Positions 9,257-20,000 of a DNA stretch of 20,000 nucleotides are shown one piece after another. Source of the DNA: Seison nebaliae (Eukaryota); assembly GCA_023231475.1 (NCBI GenBank), contig JALJEE010001557.1:47644-67643 (forward strand). The letters are read 5' to 3'. The translations under genes and the position numbers were made by a program. Position 1 is the stretch's first letter. Each line of letters begins with the position of its first letter. The notes under the pieces are model-generated. The model was given only the letters and a program-made list of their open reading frames with translations, made no database searches and was not told the origin of the DNA.

Positions 9257-12200
9257 ATGGCACGTCGAAAGCATGATACGTCACTTAATGTTTATCATTT
9301 TCATGAACAGTCGTTCTTAATATCCATAAATATTTCAGCAACTTATTTCTACGCAAGAAGAATGGGAAGAAATGTTAGAGAAAGATGGACTTTGCAGTTA
9401 GTTCTCCTTTTAGCCAAATTCTTTAGAGAGATTATTAAAAAAAGTCTTGGAAAATTATTCTACGTTATAAAAATTTTAATTTTAATTGGAAGATGACTGA
9501 TAGAAAATATTTTCTTTATTATAGTTATATAACATTATGGTTAGAGTAGTTATGAAATGAATGAGATTTCGAGATTTTATGAGAAAAAATGAATTTTCGA
9601 TGAATGAAAAATTGAGAAAGAGATAAATTAAATATTATTAAATAGTTATAGATGTTTTCGGTGAATTTGCTGGACGATGTTCGGCAATGGACAATATATT
9701 CAGTAGGTTCCTTCATACCGAAGCACCAGAGCCCGATCAAATATTCTTCTTTGCGGTGAATAATTTTGAAAAATTATTAATTTACTTTCTGTTCCTTCAG
9801 TTGTTGATGTGTTTCAATTATGGACTGGTCCTTGTCGAGCGATGGACAATGATTTCCGTACAATTCGCAATTTATTTGACTCATCAATTTTATCATTTTA
9901 TTCTGTTCGTTTTCTTTCTCCCTTTTACTTTCTTTAATTATTATAAACTTCCTCTAATCATCTCCTAATTAATGTGATAGGCATGTGCTGATAAAATAGA
10001 CTCGCTAGACAAATATCGTGGAAAATGTGAACCTTGTTTTTTATTCTATTCGGTTCGTTTCTATTATCCTTGAACTTCATTTATCGAGATTTTAGGGAGG
10101 AGCATTAGTTGCAGCAGTAAGAGGAGCGAATGCGCCTGATCTTACCGAGACGATGAAACAGATGGCTAACAAAGAAATATTGATACAAAAAGGAGAAGCA
10201 ACGAGAGTTGAAATCAAAGATCCGGCTATCGCTCTAATCGAAAGAGAGGAGCAAATTCAAATGGAGAAACAACGAGTGATCGATAGTGAAGGTTAATTTT
10301 TACCCAACATTTTTTTAGGAAAATATCTTTTGGTTCAATTAGATATTATCTTCTATGGAATGAATTCACTTTATGGACATCAATTTCTTCTGCCATGTAA
10401 TTTGATAACTTTTAATTTTCCTGTGACAAATCCTTTCTGTTCCCAAAACTACTTGTGGAATGTCTCCCTATTTTCTATTGAAAAATTTGTTCTTGAAACA
10501 TTTCCAAATTGTCTAATTTCTCTATTTTCTAGCAATGGTGAGAAATTTTATTACAACTGCTCTCATTAAGCCGGATATCGTGGCTGACGGAAAAGTCGAT
10601 CTAATGTTGGAAGAGATAGAAAACGCAAATTTTGTAGTTGTATCTCAAGTGACGAAAACGTTTACAGAAGATGAAGCTAAAGAGTTTTATAAACATCATC
10701 GTGAAGAAGTTGTGGTTTTTTTCGAAAAACAAAATAATAATAAAATCTTGTCAGTTATTCTTTTATGAATTGGTGGATTTCATTATAAGTGGAGAATGTA
10801 TCGCCGTGGCCATAACATTAAAATCATTATATAATATCAAGACGTTGGATGACGTAGTTAATCGATGGAGATCAGTTATCGGTCCATGGAATATGGGACA
10901 AGGAACTCAAGGTGAGAATGATGGAACTTTAAGGAAGAAATATGCTTCAGATGAAATTAAAAATGCCATTCATGGTCCTGATAAGGCAGCTCAAGCGAAA
11001 AAAGAATTGGCCTTATTCTTCCCCAATCTCATCATTCCTCCGGAAATTATCAAAAAAATCGTTGACCAAACTGATAAAGATAAGGCGGATGTGATTGATA
11101 AGAAGAGTTCAGTTCAACGTGAACGGACAATTGCAATTATTCGCCCGAAAGCAAATGCTTCATTGAAAGGTTTATATTCATTTTCTTCGATTAATCCTAA
11201 TACAAATTTAAATGATTAGTTGAGATATTAGATGCGATCAAAGAAAAAGGATTCAAAATTGCCATGAACAAGGAAGTGACATTGGAAGTAGAAGATGCTC
11301 AAAAAATTTATGAAAAATTCCAGGAAGAACCATTTTATGAAGGACTCATTAATGAAATGACAAAGTTGCATTTTTAAATTATGAAAACATTTATCGTATT
11401 TACATCGATTTAGTGGTCCGTTAATGGTTCTGTGTTTAGTCAGTGAGAATGCGATAGAGAAATGGAGAGGTTATTTGGGACCAAAAGAAAAGAAAGATTT
11501 CCCCGCATTTATTGACAGTTTCCGTGCTAGATTCGATATTGTCGATTCGCCAATCAACACTTTGCATGGTGCGTCTACTCGAGCTGAAGCGAACGCTGAA
11601 TTGGCATATTACTTCAAATTGGAGCAGACGGTGGCAATTATTCAAAATGATCCAAAAGTCAACCGAGGTTCATTTTCGTCGTTTGAGAAAAGAAACATAA
11701 AAAATTTTTAAAAACTTAGATCGAATTATTTATCAAATGGAAGATTCGGGATTTATCATCAGTTCGGAAATACGAATGAATTTCACCGAAGAACAAATAA
11801 GGGAACTTTATGCAGAAAAAGTGGATGAAGAGTGGTTCCCCAAATTCGCTCGATATATGACAGAGTTAATAATTTTGATAATTCAACTTTTTTAAATTGT
11901 GGGTTTTTCTAGTGGGGAAAGTGATATTTTATTATTGACAGGGGAAGACGCTATCGAGAAATGGAATACAATGATGGGACCGTATGACCCGGAAGAAGCT
12001 AAAGAGACAGCTCCCGACTCGTTTCCTCAATTTTGACTTTCCTTAATTCTACATTTCCTTTTATAGTTTACGTGCTATGTATGGTAGTAAATTGCCTCAA
12101 AATGCAGTACATGGTCCATCCAATACGGAAGAATTTGAAAGATTTATGAAACTTTTGTTTCCAGATTGTGAGAAGGATGAAAAAGGAATATATACTGGTC

Positions 12201-12299
12201 CTAATATTGATGATCTTGGTTTTTTTGGATTGTTAAATTATTTTTTTGAAATTCTCTTTTTCAGGCGTTGAAAGAAAATCTATTGATTCAAACGGTTAA
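9257..12299 (+). CDS. NME8: NME8/NME9 (TXNDC3/TXNDC6, outer-arm dynein IC1-like) thioredoxin + 3 NDP-kinase domain protein. Exons 9257-9289, 9339-9396, [9646-9755 or 9801-9904], 9981-10052, 10096-10291, 10533-10708, 10755-11169, 11220-11364, 11414-11667, 11720-11864, 11913-12020, 12067-12218, 12265-12299
   Basis: Thioredoxin domain: MARRKHDTSLN/QLISTQEEWEEMLEKDGLC/IVDVFQLWTGPC../ACADKIDSLDKYRGKCEPCFLFYS/GGALVAAVRGANAP, matching the NME8/9 Trx domain. Three NDK domains follow: TALIKPD..NAIHGPD, TIAIIRP..NTLHGAS and TVAIIQ..NAVHGPS. All joins keep frame. Confidence 0.92.
9646..9755 (+). other. Alternative thioredoxin active-site exon A (IIDVFGEFAGRCSAMDNIFSRFLHTEAPEPDQIFFFA)
   Basis: Acceptor ..aaatag at 9645, donor GTGAAT at 9756. 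Phase 1 in, phase 0 out, open frame, paralogous to exon B. Confidence 0.8.
9801..9904 (+). other. Alternative thioredoxin active-site exon B (IVDVFQLWTGPCRAMDNDFRTIRNLFDSSILSFYS)
   Basis: Acceptor ..ttccttcag at 9800, donor GTTCGT at 9905. Phase 1 in, phase 0 out. Closest to canonical VVDVYQxWCGPC. Confidence 0.88.
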
Positions 12300-13128
12300 C
12301 TTTTGCTTTTTAGTAAAATCACTAGAATATAATTGAACAATAATGGATGAGGGGAAAATAATTTTAACTACTACTTTTTTAGGTTTCTTTTACTGGGCAT
12401 TAGAGGCTAAATCTAAAATGAGACGAGGTCGCGCTACTAGTATTAGCTCATGAAATAAGAAATATAAATGAAATTAATAATGTTTTAGTCTTTCTTCAAA
12501 TTAAAAGTAGAAAAATTAGGAAACTAGTAGAATGTGTAGACTTTAATTTTTCTTATCTTTTATTTATTTTTCAGAATAAACCACTCGACTTCTTAAATAC
12601 GTCGTATACGAACATTAATTTCCCCAATAATTTATTTATTTATGAAGACGCGATTACAATGCACGCGATTGTATTTGCAAACACTTTAATTTTTACTATT
12701 ACATTTTAACATTTTATTAATGGAATATTATAGTTTTAATAAATTTTCATTCTATTCAAACTTGATATATTTCATCTTTCTTTCAATCTATCTGTAAATT
12801 CTTTTCTGAAAATTATCACCTTCTTGTTTATTTTTACATATATATCTATTATAAATAATCTTATTTCAAATCATCTAATGATACTCTTTCTGGTTTTAAT
12901 AAGCATTATTAGATGGGAGTATTAAATAAAATAAATAAAACAAAATGAATAATAATCCTGTTGGAATAGGATTATTTATAATTATCATAATGGAATATCT
13001 TATGTTTATTGCAATAACTTTAAATGAGATAAAATAGAAAATGAAGAAATTTTCGTATTAATTTCTTCATTAAAAGAAACGATTAAAATTTATAAAATTT
13101 CCGCTCAAACATTATAAAAAAAAAGAAA

Positions 13129-13419
13129 ATGAGTTTAACTTCAAAAATCGTCTTAGGGTGCTCGTTAAGTGGTTGTGCTGGTGTGATCTGGTATGTGAAT
13201 CATCTGAAAGACAAAGAACAAGAAGTTGAGAATTTCTTTAAAAATTTAATTTCTATCTCTAACATGTAGAGGATGTCAAAGAATGTATTGAAAGATTTGT
13301 TTGAAGCGAATGAGAATGCTAAATCAAATCCACCTGAAAATGTGTTGACAGTTCAAGAGAATAAAGAGTTATATGACGAACAATTACGAATCATAAATAA
13401 ATTGAAAGCAAAACAATAA
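13129..13419 (+). CDS. PET117: PET117 cytochrome c oxidase assembly factor, 81 aa. Exons 13129-13224, 13270-13419
   Basis: MSLTSKIVLGCSLSGCAGVIWYVNHLKDKEQE/RMSKNVLKDL...QENKELYDEQLRIINKLKAKQ* matches the PET117 pattern (MSRSSKVVLG..VAGVH..RLRDGVIRDIE..KENIRLLGEQIILTEQL). One 45-nt phase-0 intron, 13225-13269. Confidence 0.82.
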
Positions 13420-13614
13420 AAAAAACTTTTGAAAGAGATATCAAGGATCTTTCCCTTTTCCCCAAATTGACGTCATGTCCACTCCTAATTTATTTTCTGA
13501 CGTTAACATCGTAAAAATGAGAAATAAAACATTATTTGAAATTAAAATTTTTTAATAATACATAATAATTATTATAATTTAATATATTTCTTTCAGATAT
13601 CTCCATTCCATTCA

Positions 13615-16600
13615 ATGTCTCTAGAATTTGTACAATTTCGTGGATTAATTCGAAGAAATTTCACAATAATCCGTAGACATTTCACATTTCTTTTAACAGT
13701 TCATTTTCTTTCTCATTCATCTACAAATCTATCACATTCTAGTGTATAATTATACCGATAATATTTTGTTTAATTGTAATTGGAAGTGAAAGTTTAAAAG
13801 AAGATTCACTTCCATCAATTGGAACGATTTTGAGAGAGTCACCAGAATTCACTCAATCGATCCATTCAGAAGAGAACAAATTCTATCAACATTATTTCTC
13901 GAGAAAGATTCCATTCAAAAAACCGAATTCAAAACATGAAATTCTCATATTTGAAGAGAAGAAAAATTCGAGTGAGAAATTTCAAGAAATTTTGAATGAT
14001 AATCAAATTCGATTTTCGTTCGTTAATAATTCAAGTGAAATCGAAACGAAATTGGCATTGAATTGGAAGACGATAATTTTTGGAGTGAAATTCAAGAATA
14101 CCATTTCAATTCATTTTCAATATAATAATAAGAAGAGTTCGAAATCGTTTTCTGATATAACGGAAATCGATGAAGGAATTCAGGAATTTCGCGATTTTAT
14201 CATCTCTGGAAATAATGACCGTTCATGTATTTATGCTTATGGTCTCTCCAATGATGATCATGAATGTTATGTGAAATTGAGGAATGATAAAGGAATTTAT
14301 TATTCGTTTCTTCTTCTTCTTAAATCAATGGGAATTGAAGAATTCGATCAATTCAATTGGTCTTTCCAACTCCATTACACTAATGAGACTATCGAATCAT
14401 TTAAAGATGAGAAAACGAGTTCGATTTCACAAATCAATTCCATCTCGTTAATTCTTCTACCGTTATTGGTGAGTGGAATTATCACTCCCATTCTTATGGT
14501 AATGATCGAAGAGAAGGAGACACAAGTGAGACATGTCATGATCATTATTGGCATGAAAATTTATATTTGGTGGTACAGATTTTTTCTTCTTCATTTTTTC
14601 CTTTTCTAAATTTCAGAATTTTTTTAGGATTGCATGGTTTTCTCTTATTATTCTTGTGAGCATTATTCAAAGTATTTTTTTTATAATTTTAACAATCATA
14701 TTCGACATCTTCTCGGACGGATCGAATAGATTCGAATTGGCAATCGTCATCTTTTTATACGCATGTTCATTCACTACTTTCTCTTTCGTTTTTTACTTAT
14801 TCTTCGATCGTCCGAAAACTTATATGAATTTCTTGACGATTTCTGATATGATTCTCAATTTCCTTTTCGTCATTCCAATGGTCATGATAGGAGTGGATGT
14901 TCATGTACCGAAAGTGATGTCTATTCTTTTCTGTTTCAATCCGTCTTTCCCCTTCCAAATCTATTTGACAAAAGTTATCTCAATTTTCAACAATTACAAA
15001 ATCATTTAAACCTATTCATTTCTAGTTAGATAATGAGAATGAGAAATATTCAGAATTCCTTCAGAACGAATTAGATAATCGTCAAGATATTGGCAATCTA
15101 TTGACCAGTACAGAAATCATAATTTATCAATTTGTCATTACCATATTATATTTGATTATAACGATAATATCCGATCATTTCATTAATAGTTCCCTCCATT
15201 TTCTCATGTTCAAATGAAATATTTTTTTAGAGAAATATGCAGCAGATGATTTGGAGAATGGGAATGTATTGATGGAAGTGAAGAATTTAAAAAAGATTTA
15301 TCATAAAAAACGATTAATTCCTAAGAAATATTATCAGTCTGATGATTTGGTGGCTGTGAACGATCTCTCATTTAAGATCGAACGTGGAGAATTGTTAGCA
15401 TTGATCGGTCATAATGGTGCGGGAAAAACGTCATTAATTAAATGTCTCATTGGAATGGAGAAATGGAATGATGGAAGTATCTCGATGAATGAGAAGAATT
15501 CCATCGGAATTTGTCCTCAAGAAAATACGATTATTAAACAATTAACATGTTATGAGAATATTTTAGCATTCTCTTCAATCAACGGACAATATCAATGTGA
15601 TAAGATTAATAGTGTTCTCTCACAATTAGGTCTATTATCTATGAGGAATAAGAAATCTGGTGGATTGAGTGGAGGACAAAAGAGGAAATTATCGTTGGCG
15701 ATGGCTGTAATTAGTCAACCACAAATCCTCATTCTAGACGAACCAACAACTGGTATGGATCCTCAAAGTCGTCATAATGTCTGGAAATTTTTAAAAAATT
15801 ATAAAATGTATGGTTTGGATGATGGTTTGAATGGAACTTTGGCACCATGTATCATTCTCTCCACTCACTACATGGACGAGGCGGATATCGTTGGTGACAA
15901 TAAACTGATGATGGCACACGGTCAATTACGATGTTATGGCACTTCACTCGATCTTAAAATGGAATTCGGTTCTGGGAAATATTTGACAATAACAAAAAAA
16001 ACGGGGAAAACATCAAAGGAGAATAATTTAATTATTAACCAAATTCTCCAAACGAAAGACATCAAATTAGAAGAGGAGACGAATGAATTATTGAAATTTT
16101 TCATCTCAAGTAAACTTCCTTCCATCACTTTTTTGGAAACCATCAAAAAAGTTCAAGAAATGCAGGATTTGAAACGGATTTATCGTTTCATAATCAATTC
16201 CATTACTTTGGAACATTTATTCCTCAAATTGAACAAAGAAGAAAATGAGAGTGTGGAATCATTAAATGGAACGATTAGTAATCAATCGGTTGAATTGCAA
16301 GAAATGGATCGTATTCATCGAGATTCCGATAATATTATCAGAAATGATGGAAATGACGATGGAATTAATCCATATAATTATTTAGTAAATAAGTCCTCAA
16401 TAAAATCGGATAATATTCTCATTTGGTACAATATCATCTTTGTGGAATTCATGAAAACTTTAACGAATTTCAAATATTCCATCAGTCGAATATTAATACC
16501 ATTATTAATGACCAGTCTCTTCTCATTCGTCATTAAACAATTAGAGAATTATGTTGAGAAGAAAGAAGAAGAATTGAAACCTTTGGAATTAGTTTTATCA

Positions 16601-18894
16601 TCTATTACCTCGAAGAATTTGGATGGAAGGAAAAAATTTGATTTCAATTCAATTTCTTTATTTACCAATGAATCATCATTTTGTCCATCATTCGTCCAAC
16701 AACGACCATTTAGTTCATTACCAAACGATTTCCAATATTCTTATACGAATTCCAATTCGACAATAAATTTGATTTCCAGTTCGAATTATTTCCATTTAAT
16801 GGAATTCTTCTATTTTACAATTATTTCTTGTTGGAAGAATAAAATCGATAATATAATCGAATTAATTTCCGTCAAAGATCATTCGATTTATCTCAATTTC
16901 TTTGGGACATCATCAACAACATCATCCGCTTTCAGTTCCATGTTAATTCCCATGACATTCACTGGATTAATTTATTCATTTGCTATTGATGTGGCTGAAG
17001 ATCGAATTAATGGAACGAAAAAACAGATGTTATTGACGAAGGCGACAACGAAAGTTTTATGGATATCTCTTGCAACTGCTGCAATAATTCAATTATTGAT
17101 CATGTTCATTTGTGTGATTATTATCATCTTTATAGCAGAGATACATATGTTAACATCCATTCAATCTGTAATCATTTTATTCTTTTTCTTTCTCGTTTGT
17201 TGTCCGATGACATTATTTCTTTATTATCTTCTCTCATTCTTCGGGAAAAGAATGGATGAAGTGACATCGATTATGAGTATCGCCATAATTCCATCAAATG
17301 TCGCTTATCTTTTAGTGACGTTTGTGAAGAATCGTAATAAGAAATTAACAATTCATTATATCCTCTCTGCCATTCTTCCACCATATAACATGTATGGAAT
17401 TTATCATTTCCTTCAACTCATTTACGACGAGAATGATGGAAATGTTTCATTCTCAGAATATCTGGCATTTGATAATGGAATTTTTTGGAGTTTCATCTGT
17501 TCATTCATTTGGCTCATTATATCCATTCTCTTATTGAATCGAGTAGAATATGTTTTCAATGAAACGGATCACAATCAATTTAAAGATGAAAATAAAAAAT
17601 TAGTTCATGAAATCTCATCGAAATCAGAAGAAGTTGAAGATGAGGAAATAATTGTAACAGAACAATTGGAATTAGAAAATAATCCATCAATCCGATTCCT
17701 CGTTTATCATTTATATAAGAGATATGATAATTTTTTTGAGTTTGTCAAAACCATCTCAAAATTCTTCAATTCCATATCGTGCTATAATTGTCTAATGAAA
17801 TTATCGAAAAAGAATATTCATTCGAATAAGAAGAACGCATTAACTGATGTGACGATTGCTTTCCGTTCAAAAGAAATTTTCGGTCTATTGGGACCGAATG
17901 GTGCAGGGAAAAGTAGTTTGATGAATATCATGGTAAATTCTACGATTCCTGATTATGCCGTCATGAAATGGTTCCATAAGAAAAAGAAGGAAAATATAAT
18001 TGGATATTGTCCTCAAACTAATCCACTTTATTCCATGTTTACCACCGAACAACATTTAGCCATATACGATTCGATTAATAATCATCAAATGCTCAAATGG
18101 AAATGTTGGAAAAATAATCGAATTAAATTTTTATTAGATTATTTCAATTTAACTCCTTATGCTGGAACATTATCAAAGAATTTATCTGGTGGCAACAAAA
18201 GAAAATTAATATTGGCCATAAGTATTTTAAGGAATCCTGATTTGTTGTTATTAGACGAACCGTCAAGTGGAATGGATCCATTTAGTCGGAGGAATTTATG
18301 GAAAATCATCAAAAAAACCATCACGACAAATTCGGATCGTGCTACAATTCTCACTTCACATTCGATGGATGAAATTGATGAATTATGTTGTCGCATCGCT
18401 ATTCTGATCAATGGAGAATTGAAGTTTTTTTTTTGTTATTTATTAAAAATTTTAAAAATTTTTTTCGTTTATTCTTCAAATTCGACAGATCGATCGGATT
18501 GAAAGAATATTTAAAGAATAAATATAATTCAGGATATGTTCTTCATTTGAAACGGAATATAGAGAAAATCGATCGAAATGAAATGTTGAAATTGATCACA
18601 GACATTTTCAATAAGAAAAAGAAACATACAACTGATTTAACAATTTCCGTTGTGGAGATCGAACATTTTAACGACTATCAAAAGATTCGTATCGACAAAC
18701 AACTGATTAATGAGAACGCGATCGACATATCGAATTCCATCGATCTCTACGATGTGTTTGACGGATTGGAAAATTTGAAAAACGAAGATTTGTGTTTCGA
18801 ATACGAATTTACACAAATGTCACTCGAACAATTGTTTTTGGATTTGGTGAAGTTCAGCGATTCGTCACCAATCATTGATAAACAGATTTATTAA
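13615..18894 (+). CDS. Full-length ABC transporter, subfamily A (TMD-NBD-TMD-NBD), about 1673 aa. Exons 13615-13698, 13743-14572, 14628-14973, 15026-15188, 15231-18423, 18489-18894
   Basis: ABCA-type N-terminus QFRGLIRRNFTIIRR and EEKETQVRHVMIIIGM. NBD1: GHNGAGKT, LSGGQKRKL, LILDEPTTGMDP, STHYMDEAD. NBD2: GPNGAGKS, LSGGNKRKL, LLLDEPSSGMDP, TSHSMDE. C-terminal QMSLEQLFL. A possible in-frame upstream exon 13475-13501 could join via intron 13502-13596. Confidence 0.95.
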
Positions 18895-18982
18895 TTCTCA
18901 TACAATCGCCAAATAATTTATTGTTTTGTAATTCCTTTACAATTACTATAGTTTAAATAAATTCATTGAAATATTTCAAAAA

Positions 18983-20000
18983 TTAATTCGAACTTTCATT
19001 TTCTTCCAATTGTGGACAGATACGATAAGCGGTTGAATAATTCCATCTTTTCTTCTTCGATTTATTGTGAATTTGCAAATAAGATCCTTTATCTATTCGA
19101 ACATTTATTCCCAGATGTATCAGAGCGATGTTCATCGATGCTCGTATCTGAAAAAGAAAAGTTTTAAATTCAAAATTTTATGAAGAAAAACCGGAATTAT
19201 TAAATGTCCAAATGGTTTGTTTAAATCGTGTAAATGGAAGAAATCCCATTTACTTCCATCATTCATCCATTCGGATGACTGACTTGTACCCAACGGTCGA
19301 AACTAATAGAAAAAAAGTTAATTTTTTTAAAAAGAAAAAGAAACTTCGAATGGAAATGATTCATCTATTAATTTAATGCACATATCATCAATTAATGCAC
19401 ATTCGATATTTCTTGTTAGATTTGTTAATAAATTATCGTAGAATGTTTTACTAAAATGAAGAAATTTTAAATTGAGGTAAGAATTTAAAAAGCGAGAACA
19501 TTATGGGGAAATTCTTCTTTGGTACATAATCGATTGACGTTCTGATATTCGAATAGAAAATCTGACGAAAAATTTATAATTTTTTTATCCGAAGACATAA
19601 TAAACATTTTCTTTTCGTAATTGAATCGATATATCGTCGAACAATGTCATTTTGGTGAAATTGTGACAGAGTTCAATTCGTGGTTCCAAATTTAAAATTT
19701 CGATATTGGATCTCCAATAAGGCAGTCGATATCGGTAAGTACAATAAGCAGATTTCTGATATTTTGAAATATTATGAAAAATATCAGACGACGATTTATC
19801 GTTTATTATCAAATCGTTTACCATCAAATTTGGATTGTAGAAATGATTTGTCTTTTTGAACGAAATTTGAGAATTTTTAGGAAATGAAAGAAACTTCTAG
19901 TCGAGATTGACATAAAGAGAAATATTTGTACTTCGTTAATTCGTCTTCTCGAATTTGCCATTGAGACAAGATGTCTTCTTTGTGAAAGGCATTTTCTGAA
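18983..20000 (-). CDS. Divergent prolyl 4-hydroxylase alpha-subunit-like protein, 3' part (5' end outside window). Exons >20000-19895, 19851-19606, 19561-19500, 19450-19345, 19302-19192, 19147-18983
   Basis: Five 42-49-nt GT..AG introns keep one open frame. KYKYFSLCQ resembles P4HA KYEMLCRG. KSAYCTYRYRLPYWRSNIEILNLEPRIELCHNF resembles LxCRY..PFLxLAPxKxExxxxDPxIxxxHD. LGINVRIDKGSYLQIHN..NYSTAYRICPQL resembles VGASVWPKKGTAVFWYN..DYSTRHAACPVL. The gene model is solid; the family assignment is moderate. Confidence 0.7.

Noticed and set aside
9515..9560. Possible third copy of the Trx exon (atag|TTATATAA, an acceptor context similar to exon A)
   Set aside because: In-frame TAA after two codons and no DVF/GxC similarity.
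10292..10532. Longer NME intron and ORF 10330-10569 as a hidden exon
   Set aside because: No frame-compatible exon with credible splice sites or homology was found.

Overview
AT-rich, gene-dense eukaryotic (animal) DNA with very small introns. The buccalin-type neuropeptide suggests a compact-genome spiralian, which is an inference. I spliced seven protein-coding genes by hand. In order: the 3' half of a Slo1/BK-type K+ channel (1-2512), a buccalin/allatostatin-A-like neuropeptide precursor (4190-4519), a PHD-finger + C2H2 + acidic/coiled-coil nuclear protein (5387-8705), an NME8/NME9-type thioredoxin-3xNDK protein (9257-12299), PET117 (13129-13419, missed by the ORF track), a full ABCA transporter (13615-18894) and, on the minus strand, the 3' part of a divergent prolyl 4-hydroxylase alpha-like gene (18983-20000). 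Highlights: (1) 31 of 34 homology-supported introns start GTT rather than GTR, and 26 of 34 are 42-55 nt. (2) A tandemly duplicated, frame-enforced mutually exclusive exon pair encodes two alternative thioredoxin active sites (FAGRC and WTGPC). (3) The Slo channel has lost its acidic Ca2+ bowl. (4) The P4HA-like protein lacks its catalytic residues. (5) The PHD protein carries a Taspase1-type cleavage motif. All family calls come from remembered motifs, not database searches.
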